Both the position numbers and the translations under genes were made by a program. From contig CM119268.1 of the NCBI GenBank assembly GCA_051294375.1, positions 6,429,462-6,493,461 of the forward strand: 64,000 nt of DNA, given 5' to 3'. Within the stretch, counting starts at the first letter, position 1. Each line of letters starts with the position of its first letter. Of the stretch, positions 49,576 through 61,686 are shown one piece after another. Origin of the DNA: Paraspadella gotoi. Lineage: Eukaryota > Animalia > Chaetognatha. The notes beneath the pieces were generated by a model. The model was not told the DNA's origin. It worked only from the letters and a program-made list of their open reading frames with translations, and searched no databases.

Positions 49576-52500
49576 CTGAAAAGAGGATTGAAGGAAAAAA
49601 AAAGGGGATATACATTTTATAATACGTCGTAAAATATCGAGCAAAATTAATTATTATTTGAGAAAAGCTTTAGTGTCGCTGCCCAGTGACCAATGTACTT
49701 CAATGTACTCCCAAAATCCTTGGAGTTCTTGCAACCAATTGCGCCAATGATCAATTTCCTGAATCTTACTCCCAAAGTCGCATCCGATTCTCACCTACCC
49801 TCACCGAGCCACACCCCGATGTAACCTTACCCTTAACCTCCCACTCCCCCCCCATTCCTTACCCCTCTTTTAACTAACCTCGAGCAAGGAAAGCAAAATT
49901 TGTGTCCTGCAACTGATGGACATTGAACGAAGTGCGTATCTTCGAGCCTCTCGTGACAGAGCGTGCATTTGAGGGGAGCGAGCGGCGCTGCTGAGGCGGC
50001 GGAAGCTGCTGCCGCCGATTCCGCTGTCGCCCCGCCCTCGACGCCGTCTCGCGGCGAGGCGCCGCCGGCGTCCTTGCCCCCGGCCTCGTCGCTGGTGGAA
50101 GCGACGGCGCCGCCGACGCCGACCGGCGACGACGACGCTTCGGCGCCGGGCGACGCCGAAGTGGTCAGCCGCAGGGCCTCCGACGCGGCGGCGCCGCTCC
50201 AACTCGACGTCGGCTGCTTGGAGGAGGAGGCGGCGTCGGCGAAGGAGTCGACCGGAAGTTCCTTGCGTTTGCGGGAGACGCGAGCGGAGTAGTCGACGTC
50301 GCGGCGGTGGGGGATGGCGCTGATTGGGGTAGGGGTGGTGGAAGATGGAAGAACGAGTGCAGGATGACGCGCATAACGATTATACGAAGGATGAGGAGAT
50401 AAGTAAAAGTTAAAGGGACGAGAACAAGATTGAAAAAGATAATAAGAAAAAAGGAGGGAAAAAGGAAAAAAAAACAAGAACGGTAATTCCAATGTGTTGG
50501 GCCGAAGTGACTTTATTTTCACGTGTATTTCCGTTTAATTACAAGAAATGACATGACGTGACTAAAAAACTTTATCCGCTCGTGTATTTATGACATACAC
50601 TGCATCAAAATTCTGTCTTTTATTCCTTATAGTTTTAGGAATTCCTAAAGACGGCGCAAGCAGACCCTCAGATTTGAGGTTTTTTCTGTCTTAACAAATG
50701 AGCAAGCAACTATAGGCAAATTATATTTATTTTTAACGTAAGTGGGACAGACCGACGGACAGACATACCGACAGACCGACCGAAAAGTGACTTATTGATT
50801 TATTCCGCGAGTACTCGCGGCGCAACTAAAAAAAAAACAGATTGAGAAAATATTCAAACTTCAGTGAAAGAATGGAATAATTTGTGAATGCTTGCAAACA
50901 ATCACACCGATCCCATGAAAACTTACCCGTAACGCAGCCCCGTTATCGCGGGCGGACTCGGCACTCCCGCCTCGGCCTGCGGCGTCGGCAGCAGCTCGCC
51001 CTGCAGCGGCTCCTTAAAGCTCCGGGCGTTCTCTGGCAAAAGGTCGCCCAGGAGGCGCCAGTCGTTCGAGCCGGGCTTGAGTTCGTATTCGATGTACTTG
51101 AAGCCTGTTTGGGTTNNNNNNNNNNNNNNNNNNNNNNNNNCTCTCAGATTATTTTCAGTTGCTTGGAAGTAGGGTTTTTAACCAAAATTATAATTTATTT
51201 ATTTTATTCGATTCTCGTTTAAGTGCGATCCCTACTCGGAAAATTTTTTCTTCAGTTTTGACAGTAAAAATGAAATTTAAATTATTCGAATTCGTTTTAA
51301 TATTTATGTTACGAATTTCAAACTTTATATTAAGATCAAATTGGGATGTGGCGTACAGTCGAATCGTTTATCTCGATTTCTTTTAGCATTATTCGATTTT
51401 TTCAGCGTACGTCACCACGGCCTGTTCAATTTTGAAGTTTCGCGATTTTGTATATTTTTTAAAGAAAAAAGAAAAAATATGTCATTGCCTACCCCCCCAT
51501 TATTTTTTCTGGCGTTTTCAATAGGACGCGTGTGGTTGTGCTTCGGCCTTTGTTTTTCTCCCTTTTTTCTCAGGTTTTAGTACCGTTCCTTGTTCTGTAC
51601 CGTTAATCGCGAGGTTCAAGTTTGACGTGGAAAAGAACTCTTTTTGAATATTCAAAGCTTCGAAATGCAGGCCACTTACTAGTGCGCATGTCTGCTGGGT
51701 GGCAACATTCCGGTGCCGAGGACGGGAATTGATCTCTTCTCCACACCGTTCCCTGCCGGTGATGCAGTTTCAAGCGGGTGGTTGTCGGGCCGCTCTGTCG
51801 ATGACATCGTTCTCTGAATCCCGGCATGCCGCTCGGTACGGACGCGAAGGCGGCTGCGGGAAGGTGCTGGGTAGGTACTGGCGCGATATGGACTTGATCT
51901 TTTCCGGGCTCCTCCGGAAGTTGGATCGATGCCTCACTGCTCTCAGGTGGAGCGGCTATTCAAGTCCTGTAACTCTACAAGATCCCGCTTCTGTGGGATG
52001 GAGAATATTGCCCTCGATCTCGACCTTGCCCCGTGGCGAGGGCGAAATTGTGTCGGATCTTGAATGCGACTACTGAGCCAAGAGCATGTGCCGCAGGGCT
52101 CTGTAACGGCGCCGGCGCCTTCCCGGAAGGGGAGACGTCGACGCCGGGAGCCGTCCTTCTTCTTCGATGACGTGAAATCCCAGCGCTCCCCAGCGCAAAA
52201 ATCAAGGGTTCTGTCTCGGGTCAGGCGTGTGGGAGCTCGACCCCAGGGAGATAAAGGTCCGTGTCAGACCCAGTACAGCGGTGCCGGCGCAGGCCTTCTG
52301 CCCCGTCCGCGTAGCCCCACGCAAGTTTCGACGCCGCAGGAAGCCTGGCGCCAGATGCGGAGCCGGTATCTGCGGGACCGACTTCAGTACTCGCGATCTC
52401 GCGTGGGACCCTCCGTCATCGGCAAACAATCGTGCTTCCGCAACGACGGAACAGGGCAGGTTCTGTGCACCAGCTCCTCGGGGGTTTCGACGTCGGCGGC

Positions 52501-55500
52501 CGTCTCGCGGAACTTGCAGAAGACCGATGCAGGAGGGCAACGGGGAAGCTGCGGGACTCGCGCAAGCGATGTGCAGACCTCCGATGTCCTGTGGAACGTG
52601 GAATTGCAAAGTCCGGACCTTGTTCAGGCAGTTCAAGGGTTGCAGGAGGAGCACGGGAGCTCCGTTTAGTGCTGCATTCCGAGGAGGATATGGACCCGAA
52701 GACTAAGAAGCGCCAAGGCTGTAGTAGCTACAGTGACGCTGTGCTGGCCGGGTCCGTCGACGCTGATGCGGATGTTCCGCCGGTGCGACGTCGGACGAGG
52801 GATGCATGCTTTGCTCCACGCCAGAGAGGGAGGAGAAGAAGAGGGTGAAGGGGCCGAACGACTTTTAGGTTGCAGAGGCAGTTGGCGCAGGTTCGGCGAC
52901 TCCCGCTTCAGGGTGCCGTTGAGCAGTCTGCCGTCGGAGAAGAGATTTGGGACGCGGTTCAGGGCGCCTTCCTGGGAATGATGCGTCTCTGAGACTCGGA
53001 GGTCGTAGAGAGAGAGGTCACCGGAGGATTGATTACTCCGAGATTATTTTCGCGTGGACAATCGCGATAAGGAAAGTGTCTCCCGGGGACAGGCGAAGGC
53101 CGCAGGACAGGCGCGATTCCTTAAGTCTGTAAGCAGCAGGTGAAGGAGGCGTTGTTGAATCCATCTCCGACGCCCTCTTTTGTATATTGTGGGCAGCCTG
53201 GTGTCGTGGGTCCGGCGGGAGATTTTTGAGATTTGATTTTATTTTTTTTTTAGTTGTTTGCCGGGACGGTTTAGTATACAGCCCTATCCTCCCTTCTGGA
53301 GATCGGGGGCTAAAATCTTATTACGGCACATCGAATCATTGTTTAATAGGTTGGCGTGTACGAAAGCTCCCTCCCCGGTTAAACTACTGAGTATTTAAAT
53401 ATGGGTAGTTATAGTCACGTGATTTAACTTGCTTAACTTGGCCACAGTAAGTTAAGTAATATTGCGCGCTTTTGGGGTCGTCTACGGGTTTCCCAGTCAG
53501 GATCCTAAACAATATTAAATGTTTGGTAGATAAAGTCGCAAAGTTACCTTTGATTATAACTACCTAGGCTAGTTTTTAATCTACATTTTTCCGCAACCTG
53601 TAAATACTTATATTGTTATTTCTTAATGTTTTATTTCGTGCCTTTCTTATTCAGACACAACGGATAGGTTTGGCGTCGTCGTTGCGTCATCCGGGTCAGT
53701 GGTTCTCTCTGGGGAATTTCATCTACGACGTTCGGCGAAGAAACGGTTTCTTTTAGTTAATTCTCTCGAGATATAGATTTTTTCTATTATAATTATAGAT
53801 TTTTTCGTCTGCGTCCGTACTAGCCCAGACAAAATATTTATATTAATTTTTTTGCTTCCGGGTGCCGTCCCGAAGACCTGCGTCCGTAACCGCGGCCAGG
53901 TATTTTTTCTACTTCTCCTGCGTCCGTAACCGCCGGGCCACGATGAACTTTATACGAATCTGCCGTCCGTTATACGGCCAGATTTTTATAATAATTTTTT
54001 CGAGGTAGCTGGTTTTTTGGTTTTTTGATTTTTCTGTTTTAATTTAATAAAGAACGTTTTTTTTTTTTGATTCACTGTCAGAGTAGTTTTTTAGATTTTT
54101 TCTGTTTGTTTGTTTTGTTTCGGACGGTAATTTTCTTTATTTTCATACGATGTCGTCGCTGAAAAGGAAAATGGTTTTATCTTATCTCAGAAACGCTTTT
54201 TGGAGACATTGTTTTTTGATATATTTAGGGTTTTTTATTAATTTTTATCGGGTTTTGTTAATACGGGGTTTAATTTTTTAATGAATCCTTGTTTATTTTA
54301 AATTACCACTTTTCATTTTTATAATTTAATAGATTAAACTCCGTCAGAGCGCGAGCCCGCCTTGGCTCTTTTTCGGGTAAATTACTCTAAATGGTTAACA
54401 GGCCCCGCGCTGATAGGCTAGGCATTTCTTTGCCTTTATTTTCGATGGCGTCAAAGCCTTTCTCTATGCTATTTCTCTTTTTCGTGTGTGCTCGTCTCTT
54501 TTTGTGAATTTAACTATTTTTTCATTTTAATCAATAGTAGATTTTTACTCTTATTTCGCTTTTTTCTGGTTATTGTTTAAATTCAGCTGAAAAGCTGGAT
54601 TCTCCTGTGCGGGATGATGAGGTGGGACTCCGAAATACGGATTTCGGTTTCTGCTAAAACGCGTGCGAAATGTTATTATTAATCATTTTTCTTCAGTCGC
54701 CGTTCACCAGGCGGATCCCTATTTTTTCTGCACTTTAGCACCTTTTTATGGGTGCCCCGCTTCAATGCCAAAAATTTTTTGATCATGTTATTTACGTTTA
54801 TTTATAATGTTTGTCGAATTTCTGCACGTATGTCAACTTTGATCGGCATAGGGGCACGCCTTTCATGACGGAGTGCTGGCTTTGTCGTTTACCGTTACGT
54901 CCGTCCGCCTAAACAAACATTGTCGGAGATTGTTATTTATGGGCTGGCGGGAGGTTCTGGGAGGCTTGTCGGGCAACGGTTTAAGTCGGCCCGTACCACC
55001 TCTCGTTGCTTGGACAATTTTGATTTTTATGCTTGACCGTATTTTCGAATTTTGATTTTTTCCCTATTTTAGAAAATTTTGAATTTTTTTTTTGTGGTTT
55101 CGTTAAAATCTTGCTCTTTATTCGCAGTTACGGTGTCATACGTTATATTTCATCATATTTCGTTACGCCCCCGTAATATTTGCGTTATGTTGACTCATCG
55201 ATTAGATTTCCCAGCCATCGATTTTTCGATGTGCATCGGCGTGGCTTAGCGTTAAATTACACCATTTCCCACGCGTGCGAATCTTTCCCAAATTTTCCCA
55301 CGATGTTGAATCACGCAATATCCGGTATTCGCCTGCGTGGCGACGACACTTCCGTTCGTAAGTGGACCTCGGGATCGTGACGACATCACGGCGTTAAATC
55401 TACCGAATTTCGAAAGTTGCGGTCGAGGGGGCGGAAACCCTTGACGCGATGGACGATCCTAATCTTCACTACTGCGTCGCAGACGGGGATCATTTCTCGG

Positions 55501-58500
55501 AGGGATTAGTGCGTTATGTGTTTTCATGTGTTTTACAAGGTAATTTTTCTTAACTATTAGGGTACAGTATCGGTCCATTTTTGTTCGGACTCGTGTTTTT
55601 TAACATTATTTTTTGCTTTGCTAAATATTATTTTTTAGGTTATTTTTGGTGTACGCATTTGATGCAAAGGCAGTTTGGTTTTCCGCGCCCCAGGTAACCT
55701 CAACTTTCAATCCACGTCGTTACGGGCTTCTTCGATTATACTCTCCGGGAAAGAGTGGTTATATGACCCATGCCTTTTTCGCTCAGCTTCTCCAATCTTT
55801 CAGGTAACCTTTACGCTCGGGGGGAAATTTGCCGAAGTTTATCCTCCGTTGATTTAGAAAGCGGAGCTCGTTCCGTCTTGGTGCCAGCTGCATGAACTCG
55901 CGCCGAAGGTCTCGCACGAATTCTGGAGATGAACGAACGACGACAGAGTGTTACCTGTTCTGGGAGAGGTCAGCCAGATTCGGGCGACGCTGGTATGGGG
56001 GGAAAATTCTCCCCAAGCATTACGAATTAACTACGCGTAGTATGCCCTTTGTTATTTTTTGGGACTTGGCGATTTTTTATGCTAAATTTTTTCGAAAATA
56101 AATTCTTTTTTCTTTTGTAACAACGAACAGTGTTCTTCTCTCTTCGTGCGGGAGGGAGTGTAACGGGCGCAATTCTCTTTCGACTAGACTTATTGTGAGT
56201 ATTTTTATCAGAAAAATATAGTATGGGTTGTAACTAATACTTTGTTCGTTTTTTTAGGTTTCAATACCCCAAGAAGAATTAACTAGTTTGTTCTGAGAAT
56301 ATTTTTTAGTGATTAAGGGTTAACCCAACAAGTCAAAGCCTTTTATTTAAGTCTCGTTTCAGATTTATGTCAAGTTACGGTGAAAGTTTTTCAAATTATG
56401 ATTCGTCTACTGGGTCAAGAGTTTTTTGGCATCAAAGCAAGGCGTCAGCCTAGGACAGCAGAAACAACGCCACAGAACGCTCGCCAAAGCTAGTTGATTC
56501 TTGGCTCCGTCGATGACCGGGACTCCAGGAACAAGTACCGGGTGAAGAACAAAACCTTCTTGGAGCGGTGTTGCCCCAACCACCCCGACTGCAAAGAACA
56601 CTTTTCGTCCTTATTTTTGTATTTATTCAATTTGTATTGATTAGCTCAAGAGTAGGTGGCGACAATTTTAGAGTAGGTTAAGAATATATAACATGATCTT
56701 TCTTTGATCATCTTAAATTAGTTCAGTGCTTTAACGTTGCCCCTAACCGTTTTTTTTGGTGCTGCTTATTCTTTATCGTATTTTTTTTGCCTTGACTCGG
56801 CGACGAATGTCTCTAGTTGACGGCGGACACGGACGCCAATGTTTGCCTCGGAGCCCGACGGCTAAAATATTACGGTTTTATCGGCCGGCATTGAGAGCCG
56901 GACCAGGACGCGTCGTCTGTCAAACGGTCGGATGTCCGTCTGTCTGTATTACTGGCGACAGCGAGAGGTAGTACGATCTGCGGAGTGACGGTCTTCTCGT
57001 ATCACGACTGCTCCCTGCGCCGCCGCAGCATCAGGCGGGCGGCGACTCTACCTTCGGTTACAGTATAGCCTTGACTTGTCCCCGCACAAATTGTTGGGAA
57101 CAAGTCTGGTTCTCGTCTAAGAACTTCGAAATTTTCTATCGGTAACTATAAGTTGTTTGGTTGACCTTCGGCCTAACCGATTTTTTTTCCAACAGAGCCG
57201 TGCCGGAACAACTAGGTAATGAGAACACCTACACCCTCCCTTTATTTCAAAGTGTACCTTTCCGCCTGGATCGAACGGTGTACAGATCGGCGTCGGTGTA
57301 TCTGATTGTGGCAAAGTAAATTCTGTTAGCCTTTCGCTTTATTCGCTTTTTTGAGTCCTAGTTGTCAGTCGCGCCCACCAACTTTTTTTGTGTAATTTTT
57401 CTCCCTTTTATGGTTATTAAGTTGAGAGCCGAGAAATGGTCGCCCGACAAGTGTGGACTGGGTAGAGGGAGTGGTCTTAGCGGACGAGCCCGGAGCGCTC
57501 GTACGAAGCGTTTATCTGTTATTGCCTTTGGCTACTATTGTTTGGCCAGGGTTCGGGTCTCGCGGCACCCGCATCCGGTAGCTTTTTTCGCCTTCCCTTG
57601 CCGCAAATACTAGTTCTCGTTGTGCATTCCCGACACGCATTCGATGCTTTAGAGTGAAGGCGGCGCTCCTACATCCTAATAAATAAACTTCCCTTCTAGG
57701 AGCCGCATGTTTAGGATAATGATTACGTTTTTAGATTTCAGGTTTATCGCTAGCATATGTAGGTTTCCGTATTTTCGGTTTATTATTTTGACAGGTATTA
57801 TTCCTTTAGGTCGAGTGCGAGTCTCTAACGACTTCTATATTTCCTTGTTGCCAACCTACTCGCAACACTAAGGTAAATAAGGAACGCTAATTATTTTTGT
57901 TTTACAGTGTGTAGATTTTTATTTCGAATGGTTTTTTTACGAGATTCAACGGCGAAGATTAGTACAAAATTCGGATTCTCAATTTACTATTTTTCCCGTA
58001 GGATAGTATCTAATTTTTTGGTCGTAGTACGGTTGTGCGTCTCTAATATTTTGTTTGGTAAGGGTATCGAATATACGCAGGATTCCAAAGATTCGCGTTC
58101 TTCCGTATTCGGGGTCCCCCATCAGAATCGTAGACATGGACGCTTTGAAGTATTTGCTTGTGACATGACTGAGATATGCTTGACGTTGTCTCTGATGCGG
58201 CTACCTGCGTGAACGCGGTAAGGAAAAATTTGAATATTTGGATTGTTTATTCGCCTCAGGTTGTCGCGTGGCACATGAAACGGCGACCGTTTTCGCACAA
58301 CTCGCCATGTTCGTTTGAATGGGTCGAAGGGGAATTGATTTCGTTCCTAGCCCGTCCCGAAAATTAACCTCGAGATCGAGCTATGTGTCGTTCCCTCGGG
58401 GAGAACCTGTCCGGGATGGGCGCCAAAGGCAATCTGCCGACGGTGCTGGGGGGTTAGGGCGCGAGGGTAATAGGACTGCAATTTCAATTTGAAGTCAGGT

Positions 58501-61500
58501 GGTGATCATCGGCTTTAGTCAACATCGAAATTCTTATCATTTTTCTTCTCAACTTTTCGTTCTTTGAATTCTTTTGGTTCAGGCGGATTCGTATTTGTGT
58601 TGCGTAGTCCTAACAATTCGGGTTCCATGAGAATATTCACGCTTCTTCCCCTTTAGTTGGGCACTTTCCGGGAGTAGATAGGCGCATCGGTTCTGCGGGG
58701 CAGTTCCAATAATATTGTGGTGTAAGCGTATGTATCTGCTCAGGTTGTCTTTAAGAACGTAATCTTTTGTTCCTCTATTAGCTTTTCAGTGACCAGTATC
58801 GGGTATCGATGTTTTTTGGTTTTTGTAAGACACGGTTATTCTCTAGCCTTTCCTTGGGGAGCTCGCGAGAGTGCGGTTCCGGTTACGCCACCAAGAGAGG
58901 TTTGAGTTGTAAGAATGCTTAGTAATCTTGTATCGGGATCAGTGAATTAAATTCTGGTATTTGGGACTTCGCGCTATCATACGATCAATGAAATAATGAG
59001 TGTGATATTGTCAAGGACGTGGCTAGGAAACAATTACGTGTAGACAAGATTTTGATAGTTTTATTTAATTATGCTCCGAAGCTAGTTTCACGAAATCTAT
59101 GTTTGGCTTAGTTAGTCAGTGTAGTTGATATGATATATTAAGGTCATACACCCAACTGCTTCATTGTCCGCCTTCTTGCCGTCCTCTGTGTCAATTATAT
59201 TTCGTTAGGGTTCTTTGTTTATTGTTTGTTTTTCATATTAGCGGGGCCAAACGTTTTAAGGTTGTAGAGAGTAGAAGTCCCTAGATGTTATGTATAAGTG
59301 TTTTTGTTTATTTTACGGTTGTTAGGGTCAGTAGAGAAGGATATAATTAATGTCTACTGTGGATGGGATTGTTTGGTGTGTCGTTAGGGGTGGTGGGTTC
59401 TGTACTGTTAACGACGCACGCGGCCACTGTCTTACAACACCGTTCGTAGGGATTATCCCCTTTCTCTTTTATCCCTTTCGCAGTTCAGGTTCGTACCTTC
59501 CCCAAAAGAAAAAAAAGGGTAGACTGGGTTTAACTTATGGGCCTACCTGCGCATATAACAACATCGCGGATTGAAGAAATAAGAGATGGTAGTTGTGATC
59601 CCTATTATGCAGTGGGTATCTCGGCTGTCGATGTTGCCGATGCGGGTTAAGACGGGTGTAACTCCGTATACGTACAAGTTCGAATTGCTCTTTTCCGAAA
59701 CCTGGTGTTTTTTGTGTGATCACTAATGAAGAGTGTTACGAACTAAGGTAGGACCTCTGTTTGTACTGCTTGTTGAAAGTTAAATTGATTTACCTGGCCA
59801 TCTACTAATTTATGAGATCCTGTTTTTTTTTTTGTCATTTTCGAGTTCCCTTAGCACTTGTACTCACTGTTGTCTCCGTCTGTGGGCAAATTCGATAACT
59901 TGATTAGGCTTACAAAGATGGCCATCGGCCGGTGTGGAAGGAAGTGGTGTATACCGCGGCAGGCGATTTATGGCGCGTTCCCGCGTGAGGATGGAGCAGT
60001 CAGTATGTCGAGGTGTCGTGCCGTGCTTTGGCCCGTGTGGTGTTGGTCCGCGTCTGTTGCTACTGCTGCGTTATTTGTTTGGAATGTACTTTTTTTTCTG
60101 GGTTTTCCTGTTTTTTGATCTCCGCAGCGAGGTCGGGATGCCGCGGTCGTCTCGATGGCTTTGTTTTAGGCCCCTAACGGATCCTGGACGCAATTTTATA
60201 TACTCATAATTTTAAAATTCTTCTTTCTCTACTTTCCATCCCCCTGCGACCGGAATATTGATCTTTATTCGGACATGCTCGGGTATCCCGGATGCTTGGC
60301 ATACCTGGGGATAGCGGGGGGTGTTACGCTAATAATTGATCAATATATTACGAGGAAATTCCAGCTTCTCTCTACTTTCTTTCCCCGATGCTCTTCTTTT
60401 CTCTACAACCTTGAAGGACGGTTGGATCGGATATTTCCGTTCTTCTCTGGCGTTATCTGCGAGCGAGAGCAGAGACACACCTATCGGCATGTTTTATTTT
60501 CTAGTTTGTCGATTTTATTTGTATTATTGTTTTATGTATACTTAAGCTACAAGTTTCCGAATTTTTCGCGCGTTTTGTTTGGTGTGGCAAGTGTATGTGG
60601 CAATGTTCTGTTTGGGTTCGCCCTCTGTCTGGCTTGACGTGACATAATGCGGTGCCTTTTCCGGAAGCCGTCAGGTAGTATCGAGATCTCCTGTTTCTCG
60701 ATAGAATTCACCGATGAGTAGTTTGAATCTAGTCGATGTGCATTACATCTACAGACCTTCACTCTAGTTCTCACACCTGCGTTGTTCTGCGAAGCGCGCT
60801 TTAAGTTGCTTACTTTTGAAATTCGAATTTAGATATCTCGGGAAACACAGTTTTTAAGTAAATAAAGTTTTTGTAGATCCGCTTGGGATTGGTTGTAGCT
60901 TTTCTTTGTGATAGATGGCAGCGCCCTTAATGTTCTACCAGGATCTCGCGGCTTCCTCACGGAAACTGATAACGTAGAGAATCTCGTCTTTGAAAACTTT
61001 TTTATCCTACAGAGGATCGCCTATGTTATAGATATTTACTGTATGTAGCGTGGCCGATCGCAGGGCCAGTGGTGTATGTTATATATGTTTTGTTCTTTTA
61101 GCTGTCCAGGATTTCCTTAACTTTACTTCGGCGCTTTTTGAGTGGGTCAACTTCTAGCTTGCGCAGAGAGAAGATCCTGGATTTGCGCACAGTCGGACGT
61201 CTTGATCGAGTGCCCGCTGGCCTTTCGCTCGACGAGTCGAGGTCTTTGCCGAGACTTTTCGTCAACGCCGTATCTTGAGCTGATGCTATGCGACCTTGGG
61301 TGCCAATTCGTGGTGCTCTTCTTGCGCGATCCAACCTCGGCAGGAATTCTCTGTTCTCACTAACGATAGGGCCGCAGAATTAGTTCAGGAAATAGCGAAT
61401 TATCATAGCGATAGCCACCTCTACGACTTCAGGTTCCGTATAACAGATGAGTTATATTGCTGGCTAATCTAATTGTCCAGCATATAGTAGTCATCTCTCT

Positions 61501-61686
61501 CCTCTCTTTCTCCTCTCTCGGCTGCATCTCTCTCTCTATCTCAGTCCTTACCCGAAGACAATCCCGTCTTGCCGAGGTCCTTCATGCTGTCCTGATACAT
61601 TTGCTTGGCGACGCCAGAGGCGCTGTTGTAGACCGTCTGACTTCCGGTCGGATACTCGATGAAAATTTTCAACTCGTATTCGGCGC
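49338..61686 (-). CDS. IRF2BP: IRF2BP-family transcriptional co-repressor (IRF2BP1/IRF2BP2/IRF2BPL-like), last four exons; N-terminal zinc finger not seen in the window
   Basis: Exons 61552-61686, 50927-51104, 49879-50319 and 49338-49575 are GT-AG and phase-consistent. They encode the middle domain and C-terminal C3HC4 RING, ending TGA at 49338. Confidence 0.93.
49879..50319 (-). CDS. IRF2BP: IRF2BP exon, RKRK basic motif and first half of the RING
   Basis: SRKRKE...[32 protein letters not shown]; atcag acceptor, gttagt donor. Confidence 0.93.
50744..50837 (+). mobile_element. Helentron/DINE-1-like non-autonomous element terminus
   Basis: (GACA/GACC)n tract, then aaagtgactta, a perfect 16-bp palindrome ccgcgagtactcgcgg (50805-50820), then actaaaaa. 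Confidence 0.45.
50927..51104 (-). CDS. IRF2BP: IRF2BP middle-domain exon (absent from the ORF track)
   Basis: [42 protein letters not shown]; acag acceptor, gtaagt donor. Confidence 0.92.
51640..53150 (-). mobile_element. Degraded R2-like (restriction-like endonuclease) non-LTR retrotransposon fragment
   Basis: GC-rich island with frameshifted motifs in the expected order: [12 protein letters not shown] (cf. LKPQQR..LR..LIP), [16 protein letters not shown] (cf. FHAP..DGGLGIP), AHALG..KIRHN (cf. CCHC then RHN), QKRDLV (cf. KPDL). Confidence 0.55.
61552..61686 (-). CDS. IRF2BP: IRF2BP middle-domain exon
   Basis: [45 protein letters not shown]; ctccag acceptor, gtaagg donor. Confidence 0.92.

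Noticed and set aside
54605-54650. TGATGA-ggtgggactcc-GAAA hammerhead-like core
   Set aside because: Core C is missing, there is no stem I, and it lies in low-quality sequence
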